NCBI GenBank assembly: GCA_031259325.1
Contig: JAIRLM010000025.1
Span: forward strand, 612-64,611
DNA length: 64,000 nucleotides
Origin: Puniceicoccales bacterium
GTDB lineage: Bacteria > Verrucomicrobiota > Verrucomicrobiia > Opitutales > JAIRLM01
Reading direction: 5' to 3'
This document shows positions 25,230 to 34,755 of the stretch, piece by piece. The notes under the pieces were generated by a model. It was not told the origin of the DNA. It saw only the letters and a list, made by a program, of their open reading frames with translations, and made no database searches. The first letter of the stretch is position 1. The number at the start of each line of letters is the position of its first letter. The translations under genes and the position numbers were made by a program.

Positions 25230-26141
25230 TTAGGCGCGGACCAGGCGAGGGCGGGCGAGGGCGATGAAGGCGCTTTCACCTAGGACTTCGCATAGGTATT
25301 CAATGAGCGGTTTGACGTCGTAGTCTTCCTTGAGTAAGATAAAGCAAGCGCTTCCGGTGCCTGTGAGGTGGGCGAAAAGCTTGAAATACACTGGCAAATC
25401 TTTGAAAATCAAGCCGAGTTCCGTGTATTTGCTGCCCACGACTGACTCAAAGGTGTTTAGGTAGCACTGCGAGTCGAAGGTCCCAGATTCGTAGGTGCTC
25501 AGTAAGCTTTGGATGAAATTTGTTGCTACGTTTGGGTTCGCGTAGTTCCAACTCCCGGGAATGTCTAAAATGTCGTATACCTGCTGCGTGTTTATGGAGA
25601 ATATTGGCTTAAAGATCAGGATTTTAACTTTTCGCAGGCCTTCTAATCGTTCTGGATTAAGGGATGCAATGGAGTCTCCCCGGCCTTTGACGATGCACGG
25701 GGATGAGGACAGGAAAAGCGGCGCATCGGAGCCGACTTTTGCTGCCATGAGTCTCAAATCCGTATCAGAAATGGGAAATGCGAGCATCTCGTTGAGCGTT
25801 TTAAGGAAAAATGCCGCGTCACTGCAGCTTCCGCCAAGGCCGGAACCGGTGGGGATATTTTTTTCCAGTACCACGGAAACCCGATGGGGAAATTCGTACA
25901 TTTTTCGGAAAAAACCAAGAGCCTTCATCACGGTGTTGGTGTGATCCGTCGGGATTTCGGGGACGTCGCAAACCATGGTGTCATCTCCCGGAATGTCCGA
26001 GAGGCGGATTTCCAAGTGGTCAAAAAGATTCAACTGCACCACAAGGGAGGCGATATCGTGATAATCATCATCACGTTTTCCCGTGACGCCGAGGTACAAA
26101 TTCAACTTGGCAGGACAAACAACCCTGCGAAAAAGATTCAC
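25230..26141 (-). CDS. ispE: 4-diphosphocytidyl-2-C-methyl-D-erythritol kinase
   Basis: PAKLNLYLGVTGKRDDDYHDIASLV and the GHMP kinase motif IPTGSGLGGSCSDAAFFL. GTG start at 26141. Confidence 0.9.
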   Translation of the reverse strand: MNLFRRVVCPAKLNLYLGVTGKRDDDYHDIASLVVQLNLFDHLEIRLSDIPGDDTMVCDVPEIPTDHTNTVMKALGFFRKMYEFPHRVSVVLEKNIPTGSGLGGSCSDAAFFLKTLNEMLAFPISDTDLRLMAAKVGSDAPLFLSSSPCIVKGRGDSIASLNPERLEGLRKVKILIFKPIFSINTQQVYDILDIPGSWNYANPNVATNFIQSLLSTYESGTFDSQCYLNTFESVVGSKYTELGLIFKDLPVYFKLFAHLTGTGSACFILLKEDYDVKPLIEYLCEVLGESAFIALARPRLVRA

Positions 26142-26218
26142 GGTGTCAGACTAACACCCAGCTGGCCGCGTGCAAGCTAACACGCTCGCCGCACGGCTTT
26201 TTCAGTGCGTCCCCAAAA

Positions 26219-26497
26219 TTAAACGGACCGGCTCAGCTCGGTCCCGGGCCTAAACTTGACCACGCTCTTCTTGGGAATGGAAATCTTCTTTTTGGTTTGC
26301 GGATTGATCCCCGTCCGCGCCGCACGCTCGACGACGCTAAACGTCCCGAACCCAACGAGTTGGACCGTCTCATGCTTGGACACGGAACCCTTAATGGCCG
26401 CCAATATGGCATTCAAAACCCGTTCCACCGCTGCCTTTGACAAGGAACCATCGTCAAGAATGCTGTGAGCCTCGTCAACTAACTCAGACTTATTCAT
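26219..26497 (-). CDS. hup: DNA-binding protein HU
   Basis: ATG at 26497 with an AGGAGAG SD. MNKSELVDEA...VQLVGFGTFSVVERAARTGINPQTKKKISIPKKSVVKFRPG is a canonical HU/IHF fold sequence. Confidence 0.92.
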   Translation of the reverse strand: MNKSELVDEAHSILDDGSLSKAAVERVLNAILAAIKGSVSKHETVQLVGFGTFSVVERAARTGINPQTKKKISIPKKSVVKFRPGTELSRSV

Positions 26498-26603
26498 ATA
26501 CTCTCCTTTTGGCAAAACAACAGCCCCACAGGCCGCTTGCTTTCGGGCATCCTGCACCAACACTTTGGGCCGTCAACGGCAAAAGAATAAAAAATCCAAC
26601 AAA

Positions 26604-27098
26604 TTAAGCATTTACGATATTTTCACTCGCCGGGACCACCACCGGTTTTGTCGCCTGTTTCCCGGCGGACTTCGTCACAGGACGGCGGCGGTGGCCACCC
26701 CTCCGGTATCCCCTGTCATCGGCTTTGATAATCTCGATGAGTGCCATTTTCGCTGCATCTCCCTGGCGCGGAACGAGTTTGTAGATGCGCGTGTAACCTC
26801 CGGACCTGGACAAAAATTCCTCCGCCTGTTCATCGAAGAGCTTTTTTACCGCCGCGTGATCGCGCATGCGGGACACGGCCAAGCGCCGATAATGCAGTTT
26901 TTGGGCGGCGTCCTCGGCGCGCATGGCTTTGCAGGATAGTGTCACCAATTTTTCCGCGAAGGGGCGCAACGCCTTCGCCTTCGTCAAAGTGGTTCTGATT
27001 CGCTCGTGGCGGAATAGAGCCGCAGCCAAGCCTGCCAACACGGCCTCCCGGTGCTCCTTCTTCATCCCCAATTGAAATTTGTGCTTTTTGTGACGCAT
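26604..27098 (-). CDS. rplQ: 50S ribosomal protein L17
   Basis: MRHKKHKFQLGMKKEHREAVLAGLA... Last gene of the alpha operon, after rpoA. Confidence 0.95.
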   Translation of the reverse strand: MRHKKHKFQLGMKKEHREAVLAGLAAALFRHERIRTTLTKAKALRPFAEKLVTLSCKAMRAEDAAQKLHYRRLAVSRMRDHAAVKKLFDEQAEEFLSRSGGYTRIYKLVPRQGDAAKMALIEIIKADDRGYRRGGHRRRPVTKSAGKQATKPVVVPASENIVNA

Positions 27099-27147
27099 GG
27101 CGGTAACTCCTCATTTTCTACTTTTTAGCCCAGGTGTGCTCCACAGC

Positions 27148-28128
27148 TCACATGTAATCGTCCACCTTCATCCCGAGGGATAAACCCAACTCTTCCAGGC
27201 GATTGCGGATCTCCGTGAGCGATTTCTTGCCGAAATTGCGGTAATGCAACATCTCCGATTCCGTTTTGACCGCCAATTCACCCACGGTTAAGATATTGGC
27301 GTTGTTCAGACAGTTTGCCGCGCGCACGGAAAGCTCGATTTCATTCACACTCATGCGCAACAGCTTCTGCAGCCGATTGTGTTCCGAGCCGTCTTTCCGC
27401 TCAATTTGCCGAAATTCAACGGCTTCGGCTGAAAGATGATCGAAAACCTTGAGATGGAGCCGCAAAATGGCAACTGCCTCAGCCAGAGCATCCTCCGGTA
27501 AAATCCGTCCATCCGTGGTAACTTCAAGGACCAACTTCTCAAACTCCGTCGCCTGTCCCACGCGCGTGCTTTCCACGGAGTATTTGACGAGGCGGACGGG
27601 GCTAAACGCCGAATCCAGCGGAATACCACCATCAACGTTGTCCAAGACCTTATTCTCATCGGCAAGACGGTATCCACGCCCTCGATTCAGGCGCATTTCC
27701 GCCCAAAAATTTTTGGTTTCATCCAAGTGGCAGATGACGTGGTCCGGATTCAGGATTTTAACACCCGCGGGAACCACAATGTCGCGCGCCAGAACCACGG
27801 GCTTACCAGACACGTTGACGGACAGAACTTGGCTTTCGCGAATGTCCGATTTGAAAAGAACCCGCTTCAAATTAATGATGATCTCAACCACGTCCTCGAC
27901 AATTCCGGGGATGGCCTGAAACTCATGCTGAGCATCGCAAACTTTAACATTTGTCAATGTGGCACCCTCGATGGCGCCTAAGAGAATCCGCCGCAGGGCA
28001 TTGCCAATACTATGGCAGAAACCCGGCTCAAACGGTTCGGCGACGAACATCGCGTACGTGTCCGTTTCCGTATGCTCCACCTTTGTTAGTTTGGTCGGTA
28101 ACTCAAAACTTCCCAATTTCCGTGCCAT
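27148..28128 (-). CDS. rpoA: DNA-directed RNA polymerase subunit alpha
   Basis: ATG at 28128 with a GGAGGG SD (the track ORF opens at TTG 28140). N-terminal domain FVAEPFEPGFCHSIGNALRRILL. C-terminal domain IELSVRAANCLNNANILTVGEL. Confidence 0.96.
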   Translation of the reverse strand: MARKLGSFELPTKLTKVEHTETDTYAMFVAEPFEPGFCHSIGNALRRILLGAIEGATLTNVKVCDAQHEFQAIPGIVEDVVEIIINLKRVLFKSDIRESQVLSVNVSGKPVVLARDIVVPAGVKILNPDHVICHLDETKNFWAEMRLNRGRGYRLADENKVLDNVDGGIPLDSAFSPVRLVKYSVESTRVGQATEFEKLVLEVTTDGRILPEDALAEAVAILRLHLKVFDHLSAEAVEFRQIERKDGSEHNRLQKLLRMSVNEIELSVRAANCLNNANILTVGELAVKTESEMLHYRNFGKKSLTEIRNRLEELGLSLGMKVDDYM

Positions 28129-28140
28129 TTTTCCCTCCAA

Positions 28141-28749
28141 CTAGCGACTATAGAACTCGACGACGATTTGTTCGTTGAAACCATGCGTGATTTCATCCCG
28201 TCCCGGCACGCGGTTAATCCGGCACTGTAACTCGTTCGCATCCACCTGCATCCAAGCGGGAACGGTTCGATAGCGGGTATCTTCCAAATTGCGCATCACC
28301 AGGTGTCGGGACGCATCCGCCTGGTAGACGTCAATTTGGTCACTCGCCCGACAACTGTAGCTGGCAATGTCCACCTTGTGCCCGTTCACGCGAACGTGCC
28401 CGTGGTTAACCATCTGCCGCGCGGCCCGCCGAGTTTTTGCGAAACCGGATAGGTATACAACGCTATCCAAGCGCATTTCAAGGAGCTGGAGAAATATTTC
28501 ACCGGTTACCCCTTTCTGCCGCTTGGCCTTGTCAAAAAGCAAATGGAACTGCTTTTCCGTAAGACCATACAAGAGCCGCAATTTCTGTTTCTCGTTGAGG
28601 CCAAGGGAATAATCCGTTACCTTGCGACGGAGTTTGGGGCCGTGGATGCCGGGGAGGTAGGCGCGCCGTTCAAAGGCTTTGTTGGCGGGAAAGATAGCCG
28701 TTCCAAAGCGTCGGTTGATGCGCGTTTTAGGACCTGTGTAGCGTGACAT
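28141..28749 (-). CDS. rpsD: 30S ribosomal protein S4
   Basis: MSRYTGPKTRINRRFGTAIF... and an S4 RNA-binding domain (LDSVVYLSGFAKTRRAARQMVNHGHVRVNG). Confidence 0.96.
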   Translation of the reverse strand: MSRYTGPKTRINRRFGTAIFPANKAFERRAYLPGIHGPKLRRKVTDYSLGLNEKQKLRLLYGLTEKQFHLLFDKAKRQKGVTGEIFLQLLEMRLDSVVYLSGFAKTRRAARQMVNHGHVRVNGHKVDIASYSCRASDQIDVYQADASRHLVMRNLEDTRYRTVPAWMQVDANELQCRINRVPGRDEITHGFNEQIVVEFYSR

Positions 28750-28776
28750 TTTTTTATCTCCAATTCAGTCCAATTC

Positions 28777-29304
28777 TCATGCCCGCCGCGGCTTCTTCGG
28801 CCGGCAGCCGTTGTGGGGCAGTGGGGTAACGTCCGTGATGCTATTTACCTGCAGCCCAATGGTTTGCAATGCTCGCACCGCCGCATCCCGACCGAGTCCG
28901 GGACCCTTGATGCGCACGTCTATTTCCTTTAATCCATGGGACATGGCCGTCCGCGCCGCGTCCTGCACGGCAACCTGCGCCGCATAGGCGGTTGATTTGC
29001 GTGAACCGCGGAAGTTATTTTTCCCGGCACTGGACCAGGAAATTACCGCACCGGCCTTATCGGAAAAGGAAACCTTGGTATTATTAAAAGTCGCCAAAAT
29101 ATGGCAGATGCCATAGGCTACGTTCTTGCATTTCTTGGCGCGGCGGATTTTCACGTCGCCGTCCAATTCGCTGCGCAGCAAATCCGCAGCCGTCAACTGC
29201 CCCGGCCGGGACTCCCTCGTGGTCGCTTCGCCCGTGTCGTTCGAGACCTGCTCGATAGCTACGTCATTTTCCTCCGCAGCCGAAGTCTTATTACCATTGA
29301 TCAT
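28777..29304 (-). CDS. rpsK: 30S ribosomal protein S11 with ~50-aa acidic N-terminal extension
   Basis: Core [26 protein letters not shown]...[17 protein letters not shown] at 29304 with an AGGAAA SD, 23 nt after rpsM. An alternative GTG at 29154 would give a canonical-length protein. Confidence 0.93.
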   Translation of the reverse strand: MINGNKTSAAEENDVAIEQVSNDTGEATTRESRPGQLTAADLLRSELDGDVKIRRAKKCKNVAYGICHILATFNNTKVSFSDKAGAVISWSSAGKNNFRGSRKSTAYAAQVAVQDAARTAMSHGLKEIDVRIKGPGLGRDAAVRALQTIGLQVNSITDVTPLPHNGCRPKKPRRA

Positions 29305-29327
29305 ATAAATTCTTTCCTGCGAAATGC

Positions 29328-29705
29328 TTATTCCTTGCTCTTGACCACACCGACCGTCTTCCGCGCACCCTTCCGCGTCCGCGCGTTGGTGGAAGTTCGC
29401 TGCCCACGCACGGGAAGTCCCCGATAATGGCGTAGCCCGCGGTAACAGCGAATACTCTGCAAGCGTTTAATGTTAGCAACCACGTCCCGGCGCAGGTCAC
29501 CCTCCACCTTGTAGCCCTTGTCCACGCAGATGGCCATGATCCTGTTGATATCCTGTTCCGTCAGCGCATCCGAACGCATGGCCGGATCAAACCCAGCTTC
29601 CGCAACAATCGCATCCGCGCGCGTCGGCCCAATGCCATAGATATACCGCAGGGCAAAGGCCACCTTCTTTTTATTCGGAATGTCCACACCAAATATTCGC
29701 ACCAT
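29328..29705 (-). CDS. rpsM: 30S ribosomal protein S13
   Basis: [30 protein letters not shown]... Confidence 0.97.
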   Translation of the reverse strand: MVRIFGVDIPNKKKVAFALRYIYGIGPTRADAIVAEAGFDPAMRSDALTEQDINRIMAICVDKGYKVEGDLRRDVVANIKRLQSIRCYRGLRHYRGLPVRGQRTSTNARTRKGARKTVGVVKSKE

Positions 29706-29752
29706 AATTCAATCCCACCAAATTACTCTCAGTCGTTTCCGCTTCCCGCCAC

Positions 29753-30526
29753 TCAAGGAGCAACCCCATACCTTGTCAAGATTTCAGGCGCATCTTTTGT
29801 TACCAAAACCGTGTGCTCAAAATGAGCCGCGTATTTTCCGTCCGCGGTCCGTATGGTCCACCCGTCCCCGTCGATGGCAATCTCTTCTCTCCCAAGCATA
29901 AACATCGGCTCAATGGCAAACGTCATTCCCGCCTTGAGCACCGGCCCGGTTCCCTTTTTGCCATAGTTGGGAATCCTCGGCGCCTCGTGCATTTCCTTGC
30001 CAATGCCATGGCCGACCAATTCCCGCACGATGCCAAGCCCAGCTTCTTCAGCGCAACACTGTATGGCAAAGGAAATATCACCCAGACGATTGCCTTCGAC
30101 CGCCTGATCAATGCCCGCGTAAAGGGCCCGCTCGGTCACATCCAGGAGTTTTTTCACGTCATCTGGTACCTCACCAACGGCCACCGTACGCGTGGAATCA
30201 CCCATAAATCCTTCATATTCAGCAACAAAGTCCAAGCTAACAATATCTCCGGATTGAATCTTCCGCGTCTTGCTGGGGATGCCGTGGACAACCTCGTCGT
30301 TGACGGATGTGCACACGTACGCGGGAAATGGTTTCAGCCGGCCGGGATAATTGTAACACGCGCCGATGGCATTGCGGGCCTTTGTGGCTCTGACGGCAAT
30401 TTGATCCAGGTCCCAGGTGCTCACGCCAACCTCAACGGCGGCACAGATTTCCGCAAGAATGTCCGCGGTGATGCGACCAACCCTTCGCATGGCTCCGATT
30501 TCCTCACTGTTCTTTATCTTAATCAT
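29753..30526 (-). CDS. map: type I methionine aminopeptidase
   Basis: MIKIKNSEEIGAMRRVGRITADIL...; metal-ligand motifs VCTSVNDEVVHGIP, DIVSLDFVAEYEGFMGD, HGIGKEMHE. ATG at 30526 lies 12 nt after the secY stop; the track ORF is open to 30604. Confidence 0.93.
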   Translation of the reverse strand: MIKIKNSEEIGAMRRVGRITADILAEICAAVEVGVSTWDLDQIAVRATKARNAIGACYNYPGRLKPFPAYVCTSVNDEVVHGIPSKTRKIQSGDIVSLDFVAEYEGFMGDSTRTVAVGEVPDDVKKLLDVTERALYAGIDQAVEGNRLGDISFAIQCCAEEAGLGIVRELVGHGIGKEMHEAPRIPNYGKKGTGPVLKAGMTFAIEPMFMLGREEIAIDGDGWTIRTADGKYAAHFEHTVLVTKDAPEILTRYGVAP

Positions 30527-30537
30527 GATCGCACGCT

Positions 30538-32043
30538 CTAGCGGCATTGCCGAAAGATCCAGGATAAAATACCAATTGCCATGAGAACCGTCGGGGTCAA
30601 CCAAAGCAGCTGCAACGCCCGCGCATCCTTGTTATTCGTCCCCGACTGAGCCCTTTGCCGCCGGGACCCAGCGGGATGTTTGAGAAAACCATCGTAATTT
30701 TTTTGCACCAAATAGGTTTCGACCTGTTTCATCATTTCCAGGAGAACGCCGACGGTGATGAGCGTGCCCGTGCCGCCGAACAGTAGCGCCACGCCGTAGG
30801 GAATGTGCAGCGAAAAATAGAGAAAATCCGGAAACACCGCGACCAGCGTCAAAAATACCGCGCCGGCAAAGGTCAGCCGCGTCATGGTAAAGCCCAAGAA
30901 CTGCGCCGTCGCCGCCCCGGGCCGTATGCCAGGAATATACCCGCCGCTCTTTTTTAAATCGTCGGCCACCTGCACCGGGCGGAACATCATGGCCACCCAC
31001 AGATAGCTGAACGCGAAGATAAGCACGGCGTAAAGCGTGTAATAAACCATGGAACCCTGCGATAGATAGAACGATACGCCCTGGAAGAATTGGATTCCGG
31101 TGGCGCCGCCCAGGTAGGCGAAGATTTGCTGCGGAAAAAGCAACAGCGCGCTGGCAAAAATAATGGGCATGACCCCGGAATAATTGATTTTAAGCGGCAG
31201 AAACGAACTGGTTCCACGGTACATGCGGTTGCTAATCACCCGATTGGCGCGCTGCACGGGAATCTTCCGCTGCCCCTGGGTCATGGCAATCATGGCCAAA
31301 ATAACCGCGAGCAGGAGTGCCACCATGCCCGCGAAGGTCACCGCCGCGATTGTGAGATTATGCCGTGATTGGTAGGCGGTCGCAAAAAATTGCACCAATT
31401 GCGCCAAACTACGCGGAAAAGACGACAAAATACCCACGACGATCAACAGCGACATCCCGCTGCCAATGCCCCTTTGCGAGATCTGATCGCCGATCCACAC
31501 TAAAATCATCGTCCCGGAGGTTAGGAAAACCATGGAAGAAAGAATGAAGGCCCGTTTGCTGGCAATCACGACGCTGCCATAGTGCGCGGGGTCGAAGTTG
31601 GGAAACAGGCGCCCCGGATAATTTGCCAGCGCCGCCGCCAGCAAAACGCCCTGAACGATGCAGATGAGCAAAGTTAAGTAGCGGGTGTACATGGCAATGC
31701 GGTGCCGGCCGACTTCGCCCTCCTGTTGTAATTTCGCCAGCGACGGCATCACAATGCCCAAAATTTGCATGACAATCGACGCACTTATATAGGGCATGAT
31801 TCCCAGGCCAAAGATGGCACCCTTCAGTAAAGCGCCACCGGTGAACATGTTATAAAGACCAATGAGCCCGCTTCCCTTCGCCGCCGCCACCTGGTCTGCG
31901 AAAAAAGTCTGCAGCGGAAGGGGATCGACGCCGGGCAGAGGAATATTGGCTCCAATGCGGGCAATGAAGACCAGCACCAGCGTGAAAAAAATACGCTGCC
32001 GCAACTCCGAAATCCGTAGAAACTTTCTAACCGCCCCAAGCAT
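30538..32043 (-). CDS. secY: preprotein translocase subunit SecY (with C-terminal extension)
   Basis: ATG at 32043 gives MLGAVRKFLRISELRQRIFFTLVLVFIARIGANIPLPGV (the track ORF opens at TTG 32061). Ten typical TM segments plus about 46 extra C-terminal residues containing one more hydrophobic stretch. Confidence 0.95.
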   Translation of the reverse strand: MLGAVRKFLRISELRQRIFFTLVLVFIARIGANIPLPGVDPLPLQTFFADQVAAAKGSGLIGLYNMFTGGALLKGAIFGLGIMPYISASIVMQILGIVMPSLAKLQQEGEVGRHRIAMYTRYLTLLICIVQGVLLAAALANYPGRLFPNFDPAHYGSVVIASKRAFILSSMVFLTSGTMILVWIGDQISQRGIGSGMSLLIVVGILSSFPRSLAQLVQFFATAYQSRHNLTIAAVTFAGMVALLLAVILAMIAMTQGQRKIPVQRANRVISNRMYRGTSSFLPLKINYSGVMPIIFASALLLFPQQIFAYLGGATGIQFFQGVSFYLSQGSMVYYTLYAVLIFAFSYLWVAMMFRPVQVADDLKKSGGYIPGIRPGAATAQFLGFTMTRLTFAGAVFLTLVAVFPDFLYFSLHIPYGVALLFGGTGTLITVGVLLEMMKQVETYLVQKNYDGFLKHPAGSRRQRAQSGTNNKDARALQLLWLTPTVLMAIGILSWIFRQCR

Positions 32044-32047
32044 AACC

Positions 32048-32521
32048 TTACACCATACCAACTTCGGACACTTTCACGTTTTCTCCGATGAGAATCGTGT
32101 GTCCGCCCGCCCGGGAGATTGCTGCCGCCGCACCCTCGGAAAACTGTTCCGCAGTGATGGTTATAGCCGCCGGAAGTTCTTCATTGCCAATAATTTTGAT
32201 CTCCTTCGTGCCGCCGCGGACCACACCTTTCTCGATGAGAATCTCCAAATCGAACTCGGAAATTCCGCGCTCAATGAACGGCAGCAAGCGCTTCAAAGCC
32301 ACATGTGGTCGATTGCGCCGGAATCGAAAATTGGAAAACCCGCGAATGGGCAATTTGCGATACCAGGGAATTCCAGAAGTTACCGGTGACACGCGATATC
32401 CGGAACGCGCCTTCGCGCCCTTATTTCCCTTCCCGGCCGTCTTGCCCCATCCCGAACTTTCCCCGCGTCCAACGCGCTTCTTCCTTCGATTGGGCGATTT
32501 CGGCATTTCGTGCAGTTTCAT
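32048..32521 (-). CDS. rplO: 50S ribosomal protein L15
   Basis: MKLHEMPKSPNRRKKRVGRGESSGWGKTAGKGNKGAKARSG... Confidence 0.96.
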   Translation of the reverse strand: MKLHEMPKSPNRRKKRVGRGESSGWGKTAGKGNKGAKARSGYRVSPVTSGIPWYRKLPIRGFSNFRFRRNRPHVALKRLLPFIERGISEFDLEILIEKGVVRGGTKEIKIIGNEELPAAITITAEQFSEGAAAAISRAGGHTILIGENVKVSEVGMV

Positions 32522-32535
32522 GGTTCGTCTGTCCC

Positions 32536-33081
32536 CTAGGAATTTTTGTTATAGCTCTTGCCGCGCAGGGCGAGAATGGTCTCGTAGGTCCGCAGCTGCC
32601 CGAGTGCGTTCATGGTGGCGCGCACCGTTGCCAAAGAGTTGTTGGATCGCATGGATTTGGATAGAACATTTTTCGCACCAAATGCCTCCAAAACCGCGCG
32701 GATGCCACCGCCGGCGATGAGCCCGGTCCCCGGGGAGGCGGGCCGCAGCATCACTTCTCCGCCGTCCGCATGGCCAATAACTCCGTGCGGAATGGTGCCG
32801 TCTTGCAAAGCAAACGGTTGCATGCCACTGCGCGCGTGATCCGTCGCCTTGCGAACCGCCTCCGGCACACCGTTGGCCCGGCCGTATCCCACTCCGACGC
32901 TGCCGTTTCTGTTCCCAACGACGACGAGCGCGGAAAAACTAAACCGGCGACCGCCACTGACAACCTTCGAACAGCGGCCGATGTGGACGACCTTTTCAAA
33001 TAGCGAATCGTCAAAGGACCGCTCCCGCCTGTCCCTATTATCTCTATCTCGAAATTCCCTTCTGGGTCTTGTGTTGCTCAT
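32536..33081 (-). CDS. rpsE: 30S ribosomal protein S5
   Basis: ATG at 33081 (MSNTRPRREFRDRDN...), 2 nt after the rplR stop codon. Core VVHIGRCSKVVSGGRRFSFSALVVVGNRNGSVGVGYGRANGVPEAVRKA. Confidence 0.95.
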   Translation of the reverse strand: MSNTRPRREFRDRDNRDRRERSFDDSLFEKVVHIGRCSKVVSGGRRFSFSALVVVGNRNGSVGVGYGRANGVPEAVRKATDHARSGMQPFALQDGTIPHGVIGHADGGEVMLRPASPGTGLIAGGGIRAVLEAFGAKNVLSKSMRSNNSLATVRATMNALGQLRTYETILALRGKSYNKNS

Positions 33082-33083
33082 AA

Positions 33084-33446
33084 TTAAAATTCCAACCCCG
33101 CTTGCCGGGCCGCATCCGCAAATGCCTTTACGCAACCATGATACCGCCTTGGCCCCCGATCAAAGACAACGGAGGTGATCCCCTTGGAATGCGCCAATTG
33201 ACCAAACGCCGCGCCCAAAACCGACGCCCCGGCCATGTTCGCCTTCACACCGCCCGCCTCTATTCCCTTTGCCAGAGAGGACAGTGCAACCAAGGTCCGG
33301 CCAACGGTATCGTCGATACATTGGGCGTAGATATGCTTGTTTGAGAAATGCACACTCAATCTGGGCCGTTGTGGAACCCCGGCCACGCGAGTCCTCACCC
33401 GCCATCTCCTCCGCTGCGCCTGTTGAACTTTTTGCACAAGTTTCAT
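33084..33446 (-). CDS. rplR: 50S ribosomal protein L18
   Basis: ...RPRLSVHFSNKHIYAQCIDD...VVFDRGPRRYHGCVKAFADAARQAGLEF. Confidence 0.96.
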   Translation of the reverse strand: MKLVQKVQQAQRRRWRVRTRVAGVPQRPRLSVHFSNKHIYAQCIDDTVGRTLVALSSLAKGIEAGGVKANMAGASVLGAAFGQLAHSKGITSVVFDRGPRRYHGCVKAFADAARQAGLEF

Positions 33447-33448
33447 AA

Positions 33449-33988
33449 CTAAGCCGTTTTCTTACCTTCCTTGCGGCGCACAAACTCGCCAACGATGCGG
33501 ACACCCTTACCCTTGTATGGCTCAACGGGATAGAATCGCCGGATGTCCGCCGCCACCTGCCCAACCAGCTGCTTGTCCATGCCTTCCACGCGAACCTTCA
33601 CGCCATCTGCCACGATTACCTTGATTCCCTCGGGAATCGGGTATAAAATTGGATGGCTTTTCCCGAGGGCAAGATCCAAAGCGTTGCCCTTCAATGTGGC
33701 TTTAAATCCGACACCGGATATTTCCAAATCCTTCACAAAACCGCCCGTCACACCTTGGATCATGGCGTTTAAAATGGATTTGATCGTGCCCGTGGTCGCC
33801 CGTGCCCGTCGACTGCCGTCCGCCGGTTTCACCCACACGTCGTCCCCTTCGCCCCTTTGGACGAGCACACAGGGTGGAAAGTCCTTCTCCAGCTGACCCT
33901 TAGGCCCCTTAACGGTCATGTGAGGACTCGCGATCTCCACACTGACGCCAGATGGCACATGGATTGGTGTTTTTTCCGCCCTGCTCAT
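33449..33988 (-). CDS. rplF: 50S ribosomal protein L6
   Basis: ATG at 33988 with a GGAGGG SD (MSRAEKTPIHVPSGVSVEI...). Ends ...YPVEPYKGKGVRIVGEFVRRKEGKK. Confidence 0.96.
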   Translation of the reverse strand: MSRAEKTPIHVPSGVSVEIASPHMTVKGPKGQLEKDFPPCVLVQRGEGDDVWVKPADGSRRARATTGTIKSILNAMIQGVTGGFVKDLEISGVGFKATLKGNALDLALGKSHPILYPIPEGIKVIVADGVKVRVEGMDKQLVGQVAADIRRFYPVEPYKGKGVRIVGEFVRRKEGKKTA

Positions 33989-34004
33989 TTCGTGTCCCTC
34001 CAAA

Positions 34005-34397
34005 TTACCAGATTTTACAAATCAACTCGCCGCCGATGTTCTGCCGGCGCGCCTCCGAATCCCGCATGATTCCCCGGGAGGTGGACAAAACGCCGACGCC
34101 CATGCCATTGAGCACGCGCGGAATCTTCGCCGACTGGTAATAGAGCCGGCGGCCGGGTGTGCTGCAGCGTTCGATTTGAACGACTGGCGACCGACCCTCG
34201 GCGTCGTAGCGGAACATCACACGCAGATGGTGGAGGCCGCACTCGCACGTAAAGCTCTCAAAGTCAGCGATATGGCCCGTGTTCCGGAAGATGCGCAAAA
34301 TTCCCTCACGCATTTTCGAATGGGCTACCACGCAGGAATCCTTTTGCGCCTGGATGGCGTTTCGGAGGACCGTTAAAAAATCACCAATCGTGTCCAT
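34005..34397 (-). CDS. rpsH: 30S ribosomal protein S8
   Basis: ATG at 34397 with an AAGGGG SD (MDTIGDFLTVLRNAIQA...). Ends ...GVGVLSTSRGIMRDSEARRQNIGGELICKIW. Confidence 0.96.
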   Translation of the reverse strand: MDTIGDFLTVLRNAIQAQKDSCVVAHSKMREGILRIFRNTGHIADFESFTCECGLHHLRVMFRYDAEGRSPVVQIERCSTPGRRLYYQSAKIPRVLNGMGVGVLSTSRGIMRDSEARRQNIGGELICKIW

Positions 34398-34409
34398 GTG
34401 CAAATCCCC

Positions 34410-34715
34410 TTACCACGAAGCCTTTATAACGCCTGGAATGTACCCCCCGGCAACCATTTCACGCAAAACCAACCGGGAAACGCCGAAGCGCCGGTGAACC
34501 CCCCGGGAACGCCCGGTGATGGAACAGCGATTGCGCACGCGAACCTGACATGAATTCCGGGGGAGCTCCGCAAGTGCCCGCTGCGCCTGGAAAAATTCAC
34601 CGTCGCCGGTCGCCGGATCGGCTAGGACCTTTTTCAACTCCCTCCGCCGGGCTGCGTACTTCTCAACCATCCGCACCCGCTTCGCATTACGTTCCACTGA
34701 AGACTTCTTTGCCAT
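34410..34715 (-). CDS. rpsN: 30S ribosomal protein S14 (long form)
   Basis: ATG at 34715 ([29 protein letters not shown]...). Ends ...[26 protein letters not shown]. Confidence 0.95.
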   Translation of the reverse strand: MAKKSSVERNAKRVRMVEKYAARRRELKKVLADPATGDGEFFQAQRALAELPRNSCQVRVRNRCSITGRSRGVHRRFGVSRLVLREMVAGGYIPGVIKASW

Positions 34716-34755
34716 ACAATTCCTACGACCCAAGTTTTATTTGAATTTTTTCAAC

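Noticed and set aside
26165-26202. A hairpin CGTGC...GCACG followed by TTTTT, between ispE and hup.
   Set aside because: The stem is 5 bp with a 17-nt loop. The T-run is on the plus strand, where no gene ends. It is not oriented as a terminator for the minus-strand hup.
30527-30604. An N-terminal extension of map (track ORF to 30604) that would overlap secY, with similar upstream extensions on other track ORFs (rpsE to 33135, rplX to 35768, rpmC to 36592, rplJ to 53529, hup to 26563).
   Set aside because: The extensions overlap the preceding gene and precede the conserved N-termini. Internal ATG or GTG codons with SD sequences fit the compact operon better.
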